Positions 28,645 through 38,351 of a DNA stretch of 61,669 nt are shown one piece after another. The notes beneath the pieces were generated by a model. The model did not search any database, was not told the DNA's origin, and was given only the letters and a program-made list of their open reading frames with translations. Each line of letters begins with the position of its first letter. Within the stretch, counting starts at the first letter, position 1. Origin of the DNA: an uncultured Granulosicoccaceae bacterium. Its GTDB lineage: Bacteria > Pseudomonadota > Gammaproteobacteria > Granulosicoccales > Granulosicoccaceae. A program made the position numbers and the translations under genes. The stretch lies in contig CAYMFQ010000002.1 in assembly GCA_964389335.1 (NCBI GenBank), forward strand, positions 18,212 to 79,880, read 5' to 3'.

Positions 28645-29820
28645 ATGAAAACTGCCTCCATTGGCAAAGTCGCAATCGTGCATGACTGGCTACCCGTGCT
28701 CGGTGGCGCAGAGAAGGTGCTTGAGCAGTTGCTTTGCATCTACCCTGACGCAGACCTGTTCACCCTGTTCGATTTTCTCTCCCGAGAAGATGCACCCTTC
28801 CTCAAGGATGTATCCGTCACTCAGAGCAGTCTGCAAAAGTTTCCATTTGCGGAGAAGTACTACCGCCATCTGCTGCCGTTTTTCCCCTACGCGATTGAAC
28901 AGTTTGACCTTAGCGACTACGACGTCATTATTTCGTCCAGTTCGGCGGTGGCGAAGGGTGTGGTTACATCGCCGCACCAGCTGCATGTTTGCTACTGCCA
29001 TTCACCGATGCGCTACGCATGGGATTTACAGGAGCAGTACCTGAAGCAAACCGGCCTGAATTCGGGCATAAGATCCACGCTAATCCGAGCGGTTCTGCAT
29101 AAACTGCGGATGTGGGATGTTATTTCATCCAACCGCGTCGATTCCTTTGTTGCCAATTCCGGCTACATCAGTCGTCGAATTTTCAAAACCTATCGGCGCG
29201 AGTCAACCGTCATCCACCCGCCGGTTGAGATCGATCGATTCAAGCTGCTGGGCAAGAAGGAAGATTTCTACCTGGCGGCGTCACGGCAGGTGCCCTATAA
29301 GCGGATCGACCTGATTGTCGAAGCGTTTCGGGAAATGCCCGACAAAAAGCTGGTGGTCATCGGCGATGGTCCCGAGCACAGGAAAATACAGGCGCTGGCC
29401 GGTGACAATGTAGAGATTCTCGGGTTTCAGGGCGACGATGTGCTTATCGATCATCTGCGCAGAGCCAAAGCCTTTATCTTCGCCGCCCAGGAAGACTTCG
29501 GTATTCTGCCGGTCGAGGCTCAGGCCTGCGGCACCCCGGTCATCGCGTACGGTGTGGGCGGTGCGCGTGAAACTGTCAAAGACAAAACCACCGGCCTGCT
29601 TTTTGAAGAACAAACTGTTGAATCACTGGTGAGTGCAGTCGAGCGCTTTGAAAGGCTTCAACCAAATTTCAACGTGGCTGCAATCCGGCATAACGCCGAA
29701 GGTTTCTCAGCGGAACGTTTCCGCACCGAGATTTCCCGCCACGTTGAAGAATTGTTACGCTTGAAGCGAGAAGATAAACTCGAACCACCACAGAATTTAA
29801 TAGATTCCAACGCTATCTAG
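28645..29820 (+). CDS. glycosyltransferase family 4 (GT-B)
   Basis: N-terminal IVHDWLPVLGGAEKVL and the C-terminal EX7E-like EDFGILPVEAQACGTPVIA. ATG at 28645 is preferred. Confidence 0.85.
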   Translation: MKTASIGKVAIVHDWLPVLGGAEKVLEQLLCIYPDADLFTLFDFLSREDAPFLKDVSVTQSSLQKFPFAEKYYRHLLPFFPYAIEQFDLSDYDVIISSSSAVAKGVVTSPHQLHVCYCHSPMRYAWDLQEQYLKQTGLNSGIRSTLIRAVLHKLRMWDVISSNRVDSFVANSGYISRRIFKTYRRESTVIHPPVEIDRFKLLGKKEDFYLAASRQVPYKRIDLIVEAFREMPDKKLVVIGDGPEHRKIQALAGDNVEILGFQGDDVLIDHLRRAKAFIFAAQEDFGILPVEAQACGTPVIAYGVGGARETVKDKTTGLLFEEQTVESLVSAVERFERLQPNFNVAAIRHNAEGFSAERFRTEISRHVEELLRLKREDKLEPPQNLIDSNAI

Positions 29821-30137
29821 GCAGCGTGGCTTACCGGCCCGGAAGGTCAGATAGCACACAGAAGTTCAGGGACCACTAACAAGTAAAACAAACGAGCGAA
29901 CTGTCGCCACATCCCTGAGAAGCACTGCAAAGGCAGCGGTGCCGCGGTAAAAGCAGTAACACCTGTTTCAGCTTTCGCAACGCAGAAAAAAGAAAAGAGA
30001 GTAACGCTATCCTTAAGGCTTTCGGTGCAACATTTACGGGTGCACTAGTCACCCTGTTCTGCCATTTTTTTACCCTGATATTTCTGGCTCGCCTGCTGGA
30101 AGAGGAAGCGCTGGGCGTCTACTTCATTGCGTTAATC

Positions 30138-31451
30138 GTGGCATTTCTGCTGAAGATGCTAAGCGACCTCGGAGTCGATCTGGCATTCGTTAAGCAGTAT
30201 CCGGAGCAAACCGATGAGGCAAAGCCAGGGCTCTTCAAAAGCGCCATCCTGATACGGCTGATCTCGTGTACTGTGGTATCCGCCTTCTATGTCCTCCTCG
30301 AGCGCAGCGGTGCCATACCGTTTATTAACGACATTAGCCATTTAACAGCGCTTACGCTCGTCCTGTACTGGCTACACAGCTTTCGTGAACTACTACTGCG
30401 ACTATTGCAGGCGGAACAGGTTTTCTCAGTATACGCGGGCGTGCAGGTACTGGCAGCGGTCGTTAAAGCATCCCTGGTGATTGCACTGACACTCTTTGAC
30501 TACGCCTCGGTCTCAGCCGTACTGGTAGTCGAGAGCTTCGCGTTCGCGGTTTCAATTCTATTCGCCACTGTCAAGATCAGAACCCTGTTGTCAGCCGCAC
30601 TGCGCACCGGACAAAGTGGCGCCACGCAAATACTAAAATTCGGCTATCCGCTCTATCTGAATGCCGTACTCAACCTTGGTAACGAAAAGGTATCAAATTA
30701 CATCGTTGCGGGTCTTGGCGGTCCGGTGACCATGGCATTCTTCGGTATTGCCGAGAAACTGGCCGAGGCCGGTACGCGTTTGTTCGAAGCCTATGTCAAT
30801 GTTTACTACCCGTCACAAGCCGAGAACTTTGCCAATAGCAGAACTGACCGCGCAGAGTCTTTGGCGCAGCAATCCATGCTGTGGGTGACCTTTGTCATTA
30901 CCAGCGCCATTGTTGGTTTTACCATTCTGCGGGAACCGGTTATGACATTATTGTTTGGCGCCACGTACCAAAGTGCCGCCAATGCCGCCGCGTTGTTCTT
31001 CGTGGTTTTGCTATTTCGATCACTACAGACACTCATGGGATATTTTGGCGTGACTGCCGGATATAAGTTTTTACCGGTAAAAGTAAGCCTGATTTCGAGT
31101 GTCTTCAATATTGCACTGTGTCTAATGCTGTTTAAGTCTCATGGCTATCAGGGTGCGATTGCCGCTATGGCCATGACACAGATACTGATGAACTTTCTGT
31201 ATTACTTTTGGCTGCGCCGTGCCGGTTATAAGTTTGCTGTACTGCCAGTTATCAAATTGCTGGTCGCAGGCCTCGCCTGCGTCATCATGGTTTATTTACT
31301 GAATGACAACCTACTGTTGTCACTTTTTGTATTTCCGCTGTTTATCGGCCTTTGTCTGCTATTGGTACCGGCACTACGACAGGATATCCTTTTATTACTT
31401 GGCAAAGCCGGTGAAATGCTGGCAGCGCGTCGCAATCAGGCGAGCACCTGA
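30138..31451 (+). CDS. wzx: Wzx-like polysaccharide flippase (MOP superfamily); the true start may lie upstream
   Basis: Multi-TM polysaccharide-biosynthesis-protein pattern. The frame is open from 29919 and encodes a further TM (AFGATFTGALVTLFCHFFTLIFLARLL) upstream of the first canonical start, GTG 30138. Confidence 0.75.
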   Translation: MAFLLKMLSDLGVDLAFVKQYPEQTDEAKPGLFKSAILIRLISCTVVSAFYVLLERSGAIPFINDISHLTALTLVLYWLHSFRELLLRLLQAEQVFSVYAGVQVLAAVVKASLVIALTLFDYASVSAVLVVESFAFAVSILFATVKIRTLLSAALRTGQSGATQILKFGYPLYLNAVLNLGNEKVSNYIVAGLGGPVTMAFFGIAEKLAEAGTRLFEAYVNVYYPSQAENFANSRTDRAESLAQQSMLWVTFVITSAIVGFTILREPVMTLLFGATYQSAANAAALFFVVLLFRSLQTLMGYFGVTAGYKFLPVKVSLISSVFNIALCLMLFKSHGYQGAIAAMAMTQILMNFLYYFWLRRAGYKFAVLPVIKLLVAGLACVIMVYLLNDNLLLSLFVFPLFIGLCLLLVPALRQDILLLLGKAGEMLAARRNQAST

Positions 31452-31523
31452 GCGAAATCAGCAACCCGGACAGATTGTGTCAGACTATCCAATACCCGCT
31501 TTAAGTGCGTTGGTCATAAGACT

Positions 31524-32798
31524 ATGAATGTTTTAATTTTTACTCCTTATTTGCCCTATCCGTTAAACAACGGCGGCCTAATCCGGGTCCATCACCTGGT
31601 GGTAAACATCGCGCGTTCGCACAATGTTACCCTGCTGTGCCTTGAACCTGACAACGATGCGCAGGCAGCAGGTATTGAGGTGTTGCGAGCACAGGGAGTC
31701 ACTGTCGAATTGGCCCCTGCAGACCGCGGACAACTTAAACAATACAAGCGCATGTACCAGCTTGCGTCACTGTTTAGCAGCAAGACCTATGAGTACTACA
31801 AGTATCATTCGAAGGCGCTGCAAAATCGGATTGATGAGTTGTGCCAGGCGGAACACTTCGACTTGATACTGACAGAGTTCTCGCAGATGGGTTATTACCA
31901 GCTGCCGGACAACATCGAAAAGTATGTCGACCAGCACAACGTCGAATATGAAATCATGCAACGTACTTTCGAAACGGAGCGCAGCCCGCTCAGAAAATTT
32001 CTGGCGAAAGCTGAGTGGCGAAAATACTATCATCACGAGATAGAAAACTGCGAAAAATTCGACGCCTGCCTGACCACATCACAAAGAGACGCAGACATAC
32101 TGAAATCACGTATGTCATCAGATACGCAATTCCATGTCATCCCCAACGGAGTTGATAGCGAATTCTTTCAGCCAGCTACAGATACGGCAAATCCGAACCT
32201 TATTTTATTCACCGGCACTATCAGCTACTACCCCAACGTCGAAGGTATACTCTGGTTCGCGAAGAACGTTTGGCCAATTATTAAGCAAAAAAAGCCTGAC
32301 GCACAATTTTGCATCGCGGGAAAAGCCCCGCCTGCTGAAGTTCAGGCGCTCGCAAGTGATCCTGACATAGAGGTGACCGGCGCCGTCGATGATATGCGTG
32401 ACTACTATGCAAAAGCGGCCGTTGTTGTTGTGCCATTGCGTGTCGGGGGTGGTACCCGATTGAAAATTCTCGAGGCAATGGCCATGGGCAAGGCAATCGT
32501 GTCAACGGCGGTGGGTGCCGAGGGTATCAACTACACAAAGGAACAGGATATTCTGATAGAGGATGAACCCAACACCTTTGCAGACGCGACCATCAGAGTA
32601 ATGTCGGATGGCACCCTGCGCGATACGCTTGAGTCTCAGGGTCGCGCGCTGGTTGAAAAACAATACGACTGGAGAGCTGTCACAGAGCAGCTTTGTCGAA
32701 TATTTGAAAATAGCGCTGCAGGTGCTGAAGCTTCCGGCAACGCTAACCACGACGCGACAACCAGGGTTACAGCCAGCAACATCAAAAAGGCCAGCTGA
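31524..32798 (+). CDS. glycosyltransferase family 4 (GT-B)
   Basis: N-terminal FTPYLPYPLNNGG and the C-terminal block PLRVGGGTRLKILEAMAMGKAIVST. Confidence 0.85.
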   Translation: MNVLIFTPYLPYPLNNGGLIRVHHLVVNIARSHNVTLLCLEPDNDAQAAGIEVLRAQGVTVELAPADRGQLKQYKRMYQLASLFSSKTYEYYKYHSKALQNRIDELCQAEHFDLILTEFSQMGYYQLPDNIEKYVDQHNVEYEIMQRTFETERSPLRKFLAKAEWRKYYHHEIENCEKFDACLTTSQRDADILKSRMSSDTQFHVIPNGVDSEFFQPATDTANPNLILFTGTISYYPNVEGILWFAKNVWPIIKQKKPDAQFCIAGKAPPAEVQALASDPDIEVTGAVDDMRDYYAKAAVVVVPLRVGGGTRLKILEAMAMGKAIVSTAVGAEGINYTKEQDILIEDEPNTFADATIRVMSDGTLRDTLESQGRALVEKQYDWRAVTEQLCRIFENSAAGAEASGNANHDATTRVTASNIKKAS

Positions 32799-32852
32799 GT
32801 AGCCGGAAAGAAATGATTACGCCACTAACTACGTAGCTGGCGCCAGGTACCA

Positions 32853-33764
32853 CTAGTGATTGCCGTATAATTCTACGGCTTTCTTTGAATTGCCAAAAGC
32901 CATCTTGAGCTTTTCAATGTTTCTGATTAGCAAAAGATACCAGCGCGCATATCGGCTTTTACCAAATGGCATGGAAACCAAAGCAAAGCATCCAGCAGCG
33001 ACTACTTGTGCCAGCACAAACGCACCGGTTTTCATGAAGGCTAAGCCACTCTGCTTGGACCACAGGTAGTGCCAGTGGGTTTGCCCGATTCTTATATTCT
33101 GCTTTTTCAGATAGTCCAGATTCAATCGATGCTTCTCAACCGTCTCAGAGACCACCGCACGGTTGTCGAATACCAGGTGGGCTCCGAGCTTATGAATGCG
33201 ATGAAAAAAGTCGGTATCCTCACCGCCAGATTTTCCAAACTCGGCATCGAAGCGAATGCCGCGATCTCGAACCCAGTGTGCCTTCAATAGTGCGTTAGAG
33301 GTGGCACCCTTGGTTAGCACCTGCCCGGTACGATGCTTGTCCTTGCCAAACATATCCCCTGACACAATCCAGTCTGGCGACTCTTCCGGGTAATGTACCA
33401 TCACCGGGCCAAATACAACGTCAGCGCCGTACTCTTCAATTGCGGACAGGAGTGCAGCTATCCAGTCTGGCTCGGCCCACTCATCATCGTCGATGAAAGC
33501 CAGATAGTCACCTTTGGCGAGTTCGATAGTAGAGTTTCGCACCGCGGCAAGATTGCGCTCCGGATTTACAAAATATCGCACTTCCACGTCAGACTGCGAA
33601 TGACGAAATTTCTCACAGGTAGCCCTGCCGGTCTCCTCGGCATCGTTGTCGACAACGACCACTTCGAGACGACAACCAGACGGCAAACGTTGAGCTATCA
33701 GGCTGGCGAGCGTTTCGTTGAGAGTCTCTCTCTTATAAGTACACAGACATACTGTTACTAACAT
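32853..33764 (-). CDS. glycosyltransferase family 2
   Basis: VTVCLCTYKRETL, VVVDNDAEE, a DXD motif (AFIDDDEW), and a C-terminal TM. Confidence 0.85.
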   Translation of the reverse strand: MLVTVCLCTYKRETLNETLASLIAQRLPSGCRLEVVVVDNDAEETGRATCEKFRHSQSDVEVRYFVNPERNLAAVRNSTIELAKGDYLAFIDDDEWAEPDWIAALLSAIEEYGADVVFGPVMVHYPEESPDWIVSGDMFGKDKHRTGQVLTKGATSNALLKAHWVRDRGIRFDAEFGKSGGEDTDFFHRIHKLGAHLVFDNRAVVSETVEKHRLNLDYLKKQNIRIGQTHWHYLWSKQSGLAFMKTGAFVLAQVVAAGCFALVSMPFGKSRYARWYLLLIRNIEKLKMAFGNSKKAVELYGNH

Positions 33765-33768
33765 GGCA

Positions 33769-34269
33769 TCACGCAGTCAATTTCATTTCGACAATTCTGG
33801 CGAGGTCATAATTGGTGATATCTACCGGACTGGTAATTTTATTGTCCAGCTCAATCTGATCCAACGCCAGCACAGGAAAGTTATCGTCGGGATAAACTAC
33901 AGACATTCTGCGGTTTTTTATCTCACGAGCGATCTGTAGCTGATGATCGTCTGAAAATTCATCGTGCTGCGCGACACGCGGAACAAAAATAACGCGCTTG
34001 CGATACTGCAGCATCAAATTCAAACTACCTATGCCGCAATGGCTGATTACCAACGCGCTGCGTTTTACAAGATCTTCCATATCCGCTCGCGGAATCAATT
34101 TTTCTACCACACCAGACGCGGGGGGTTCGTCTACCTCACACGAACCACACTGCACAAACCAGTCACAGCGCTGATCACGATAGAGCGGATCATTTTTTAT
34201 GTACTGATACAGACGGGTGAACGGATAATCATTGGTGCCCATGGTCACCAAGATCAAAGGCTTGACCAT
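33769..34269 (-). CDS. Alg13-like / PssE-type glycosyltransferase catalytic subunit (Glyco_tran_28_C)
   Basis: ATG at 34269 gives MVKPLILVTMGTNDYPFTRL, and later ISHCGIGS. These resemble the MurG C-terminal half and Cps14G/PssE. Confidence 0.8.
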   Translation of the reverse strand: MVKPLILVTMGTNDYPFTRLYQYIKNDPLYRDQRCDWFVQCGSCEVDEPPASGVVEKLIPRADMEDLVKRSALVISHCGIGSLNLMLQYRKRVIFVPRVAQHDEFSDDHQLQIAREIKNRRMSVVYPDDNFPVLALDQIELDNKITSPVDITNYDLARIVEMKLTA

Positions 34270-34711
34270 GATACTCTGCTCCGTTGTATTGTTTGGCAAC
34301 TTCAGGCCACTGACACAAAAAAGCGTCACTAAGGCCAAACCGCTGTATAAGTTTCCCTGAGTTGGATAACTCAGTGACACGGGACATCGTGTCCAGAAAC
34401 ACAAATCGGGTACCAGTCAGCTTCGCAACCAGTGCAAAGGGCAGGCATATCGGCCCCCCGGTACTGAACATCGCCCTTGGCTTTTCCTTCCACAACACTC
34501 TGAGTGCCACAAAAAAATTGAGGCAATGAATCAGCGGATTATGTTGTGTGTCGGTGACGGTATACACGCGCTTAAAGCGCTTGCCGTCCAGCATATTCTT
34601 GTTGCTAACCAGCACCAGATCCTGATTGATAGTACTGGTTGCACAAATGGCTTGCGTTAAGTGGCCGCCTGATGAGGCAATAACCAGAATCGTTTCACGT
34701 TTCATACACAC
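34229..34711 (-). CDS. Alg14-like / PssD-type glycosyltransferase membrane-association subunit
   Basis: ILVIASSGGHLTQA and STGGPICLPFALVAKL follow the Alg14-like pattern. Its 3' end overlaps the Alg13-like start by 41 nt. Confidence 0.8.
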   Translation of the reverse strand: MCMKRETILVIASSGGHLTQAICATSTINQDLVLVSNKNMLDGKRFKRVYTVTDTQHNPLIHCLNFFVALRVLWKEKPRAMFSTGGPICLPFALVAKLTGTRFVFLDTMSRVTELSNSGKLIQRFGLSDAFLCQWPEVAKQYNGAEYHGQAFDLGDHGHQ

Positions 34712-34714
34712 AAC

Positions 34715-36079
34715 TTATGCGGTTTGTTGTCCATCCGTTGCGTCGCCACCTGCTATCGTCTGCCGGTTATTTCTTATTAGGCGGAATCTGGCGTCAAATC
34801 CGGGCTTTCGCGCATGGGAATAGAGTATGTTTGCAATTGAAATAAGCATCATCACCCACACAAAATGTACGCCATGGAGAAAGGAAGTCTCCAGGCAGTT
34901 GTGCAACATGCCGTAAGCGATCAGCGCCTGTGAAATCGGATCAGACGAATCTTTGGTAGCAACCAGAAAGGCCCAGAAAATCAGCAGCCAAATAACCGTT
35001 GGTATAACACCCAGTTCCATACACAGATCGACAAAACCACTGTGTGCTGTATGCAGAAACTGATAGTAGCTCCACTTGATATCGAGTGCTTCCGGTATGT
35101 CTCCGACGCCCCAGTAGGCGCCATAGGCAGTACCAAACATCCAGTTTTTCTTCAAATCGGCCAACAGGTGATACCAGATACCGGTTCGTCCGGTTAGTGC
35201 ATCTTCGGGGAGTATGCTGCGATAGAAATCGATTGGCGCTTCGCCAAACCCCAATAGAGCAAGTGGAATAAAAACGATTATCATCAGCCAAAATACAATG
35301 ACTCCAATCGAAATCATTCGCACGTAATGCTGCGACAACATAAGACAGCCACCCACCAGCACCACCAGGCCCATAGGGGTTTTAGAAGCACTCAGGATAA
35401 GTAAGAACGCCCAGCCCAGTATCGTCGCCATTGCCCAGCGCTTTTCTTTGAGCGTTTCGGCGTAGTAGCGGTGAGTTGCCAGACCGATAAGAAAGAATGC
35501 ACCGGCGATGCCGCCGAGTTCGTTCTTGGTCGAATGGATCCCGGTGAACTTGCCAAAGACATCAAAGGATATCCAGGGCATCAGCAAAAACAGCGACTCG
35601 TATAACAACAGCAACAACGAGGTAGTTTGCAGATAAGTGACAAACAGGTTCTTGGACCTGCCGATCACTACGGCACCAACAACTGATGTGAAGAGAAATA
35701 TCTGCCGTATCGCTCGACGCGCGGTGTCGTCGGGATGATCGGACCAGAGTACAGAGGCAACCAAAAAACAACCCAGCAGCGCTATCGGAAACAACACGCT
35801 GATATAGGCTCGAAAGAGATGCCGCAAACGCATGACGTACAAAATGCACGCTGCGGTAAACAGTGGTAGCAACAACTGCTGCCACAGTGCCGCACCAGAG
35901 CTGACTATTTCCAGTCGCAAGTCAAGATCACGCGCTGTTAGCGCAGACTTACTGGACAAGTCAGGACTAAAGGCTTTAATAGACCAGGCTACCAACAGTA
36001 ACAGTGGCAGACCCAGCCATATCTGGCTGGATCTTTCCACTGAAAATCTGAGTGGGCCGCGTCGTGTGTGAACTCGCAC
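34715..36079 (-). CDS. O-antigen ligase-like / Wzy-type polymerase
   Basis: About 10-12 TM segments, with the Wzy_C-like periplasmic loop signature LHTAHSGFVDLCMELGVIP. Confidence 0.7.
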   Translation of the reverse strand: MRVHTRRGPLRFSVERSSQIWLGLPLLLLVAWSIKAFSPDLSSKSALTARDLDLRLEIVSSGAALWQQLLLPLFTAACILYVMRLRHLFRAYISVLFPIALLGCFLVASVLWSDHPDDTARRAIRQIFLFTSVVGAVVIGRSKNLFVTYLQTTSLLLLLYESLFLLMPWISFDVFGKFTGIHSTKNELGGIAGAFFLIGLATHRYYAETLKEKRWAMATILGWAFLLILSASKTPMGLVVLVGGCLMLSQHYVRMISIGVIVFWLMIIVFIPLALLGFGEAPIDFYRSILPEDALTGRTGIWYHLLADLKKNWMFGTAYGAYWGVGDIPEALDIKWSYYQFLHTAHSGFVDLCMELGVIPTVIWLLIFWAFLVATKDSSDPISQALIAYGMLHNCLETSFLHGVHFVWVMMLISIANILYSHARKPGFDARFRLIRNNRQTIAGGDATDGQQTA

Positions 36080-36135
36080 TGACCTTATCTCTACTTTGGC
36101 AAAGGACGACTAAGTGGCGACCTTCGACAGGACAA

Positions 36136-38334
36136 TCAGGTATTGCCGTAGCTGTAGTACGAGTAGTACGAGCTACCCATATCCAGCTGATTCAGCACCA
36201 CCCCACAAACCGGCGCTTCCACGCGCTGCAACGATTGCAGGCAACGGCTAATGTGTTGATAGGGTGTGGACCGCGCCCTGATTGTGTAGATTACGGCATC
36301 TACATAGCCGGACAATACCAGCGGATCACTCACAGGCAGCACCGGTGGCGCGTCGAGAATCACGAAGTTGTATTTCTTGGCCGCGTCTTTAATGTGCGAC
36401 TGGAAACGTGGTGAGCTGATTAACTTAAGCGGATTCAACGGCGTGAAGTTTGCGCACAGCAGATCCAGGTTATTATCGATACCAATCACACACTGTTCCA
36501 GCAATGCTTCCGCCGACAGCACTTCGCGCAGACCCATGTCGGTTTTGTTAACACCAAACATGTTACTGACACCACGTGTACGCAGATCACAGTCAATCAA
36601 CAGAGTTCTGCCCACACTCGCGTAGCTGTAAGCGAGATGCCCTGCGATGGTCGACTTGCCTTCGCCGGCAATAGTCGATGTGACCATGATGGTTTTGTGT
36701 GGTCGGTCCACCCGGTCAAGCATTAACCCGGTTCTGACTGTGTTCACTGCTTCTTTGAAGATTGCACCTTCTTTGGAACGTTCGCCATCATCCTGAGCAT
36801 TGAGTACAACCGGGCGCACAAAACTCTTTTTAATGCTGGGCAGAGAACCTAACAGCGGTAAACCAATGCGCTGATCGACGTCTTCACCATCACGGATACC
36901 CGTGTTGAAGAGTTCACGCATGATGTAATAGAAAATCGACAAGAACAAACTGCCAAGCGCCGCCAGCAGAAACAGAATTGGCTTTTGCGGCTTTGACGGT
37001 TGCAGTGGATCTTCCGCCGGCGTCAGGATGCGCGCGTGCGCACTCTGCAGATCGATGGTTTCAGTGGTTTCTTTGGTACGGTTGTAGAAGAGATCAAACA
37101 AACGCTGGTTTGATTCGACTTCACGCTGTAACTCCAGATACTTGGAGCCTTTGCGATTGGTTGAGAAAAAGTTCTGTTGCGCCAGATTAATACGGCGCTG
37201 CAGATCAGCCTCTTCAGCCAGGGCAGCGTTATATTCAAATTCAACACGCTCAATGATCTTGTTGATCTGATCGCGCAGTCCGGAGCGCGCCGTGGTCAGG
37301 TCCGACGTCGCAGCCAGCATGCGTGGATGCTCAGGCCCGTATCGCTTGGCGAGCTCGGCACGCTTCTGCAGCGCCACCACCACGCCCTCCTGAAGCCTTT
37401 GTGCGACGCTGTCTCGCTGCACTGAGGGCAACGATTCTTCACTGTTTGATCTTCGAGCGCTCTGCACCTGCTCACGACGGATCGTCGCCTCTGACAGCTT
37501 GGCTCTGACCTTCACCAGATCCGCGTTGAGGTCTTTAAGCTCCTGCGAGCTGACTGCCTGAATGCCTTCGATATCGATGACATTTTCCTGCTCGATGTAG
37601 TCCGCAAGCTGTTGTTCTGCACGGCTCAGATCGCTCTTCAACCCTTCCACCTGACCCGCCAGCCACGAGGCTGCGGTCTTGGTGCGCTCGAGGCGCGCTT
37701 CGAGGTCAGCTTCGATGTACGCTTCAGCATGTTCGTTGGCAATATCGCGAGCGAGTACCGGTGTCGGCGCTTCAAAACTCACTTCGACCAGCTGCGTCTT
37801 GCGCAACGGGAAGATGCTCAGCCTGTCCTGGTAGTCTTTAAGTAATTCGCGACGTGCAATCTCAGCTTCTACAGCGTCACTGGTTGCCGCTTCGTCCGCG
37901 GGCACACTTTCCGTGCCCATAATCTTATCTTTCAGGGACGTGATAAGTGGAGCGAATGCGAAACCCTGCTCTTCTTTGAAAGCCGGATGCGCTGTCAGGT
38001 CGAGCTTTTCGACAACCTTTTCCGCCAATGGACGGGAGCGCAACACCTCAAACTCAGTAGCGAGGTACTCTTCACTTTCGTTGTCGAGCCCATAGAGTGC
38101 GGCGACATCAACGACGTTTGATTCTTTTTTCTCAATCAAAACCGTGGCAGTGGCTTTGTACTGAGTTTTCAGGCTGTTGATGATGAAGTAAGAAGCAATC
38201 AGCACAGTCAAAACAAAAAGAAATATACGCCACTTGTTATCAAGCAGCGTTTGCACATATCTCTCAAAATTGAAGCTGATTTCATCCTTTTTATACTCAG
38301 TGAGAGTATTGTCGAGCGGATGAAGTGATTTCAT
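36136..38334 (-). CDS. wzc: polysaccharide co-polymerase / tyrosine autokinase (Wzc/GumC-like)
   Basis: An N-terminal Wzz-like region with two TM and a coiled-coil periplasmic domain. Walker A is TSTIAGEGKST, Walker B is VILDAPP, and the C-terminal Tyr cluster is SSYYSYYSYGNT. Confidence 0.9.
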   Translation of the reverse strand: MKSLHPLDNTLTEYKKDEISFNFERYVQTLLDNKWRIFLFVLTVLIASYFIINSLKTQYKATATVLIEKKESNVVDVAALYGLDNESEEYLATEFEVLRSRPLAEKVVEKLDLTAHPAFKEEQGFAFAPLITSLKDKIMGTESVPADEAATSDAVEAEIARRELLKDYQDRLSIFPLRKTQLVEVSFEAPTPVLARDIANEHAEAYIEADLEARLERTKTAASWLAGQVEGLKSDLSRAEQQLADYIEQENVIDIEGIQAVSSQELKDLNADLVKVRAKLSEATIRREQVQSARRSNSEESLPSVQRDSVAQRLQEGVVVALQKRAELAKRYGPEHPRMLAATSDLTTARSGLRDQINKIIERVEFEYNAALAEEADLQRRINLAQQNFFSTNRKGSKYLELQREVESNQRLFDLFYNRTKETTETIDLQSAHARILTPAEDPLQPSKPQKPILFLLAALGSLFLSIFYYIMRELFNTGIRDGEDVDQRIGLPLLGSLPSIKKSFVRPVVLNAQDDGERSKEGAIFKEAVNTVRTGLMLDRVDRPHKTIMVTSTIAGEGKSTIAGHLAYSYASVGRTLLIDCDLRTRGVSNMFGVNKTDMGLREVLSAEALLEQCVIGIDNNLDLLCANFTPLNPLKLISSPRFQSHIKDAAKKYNFVILDAPPVLPVSDPLVLSGYVDAVIYTIRARSTPYQHISRCLQSLQRVEAPVCGVVLNQLDMGSSYYSYYSYGNT

Positions 38335-38351
38335 TAATCTAGCTCACCTAA

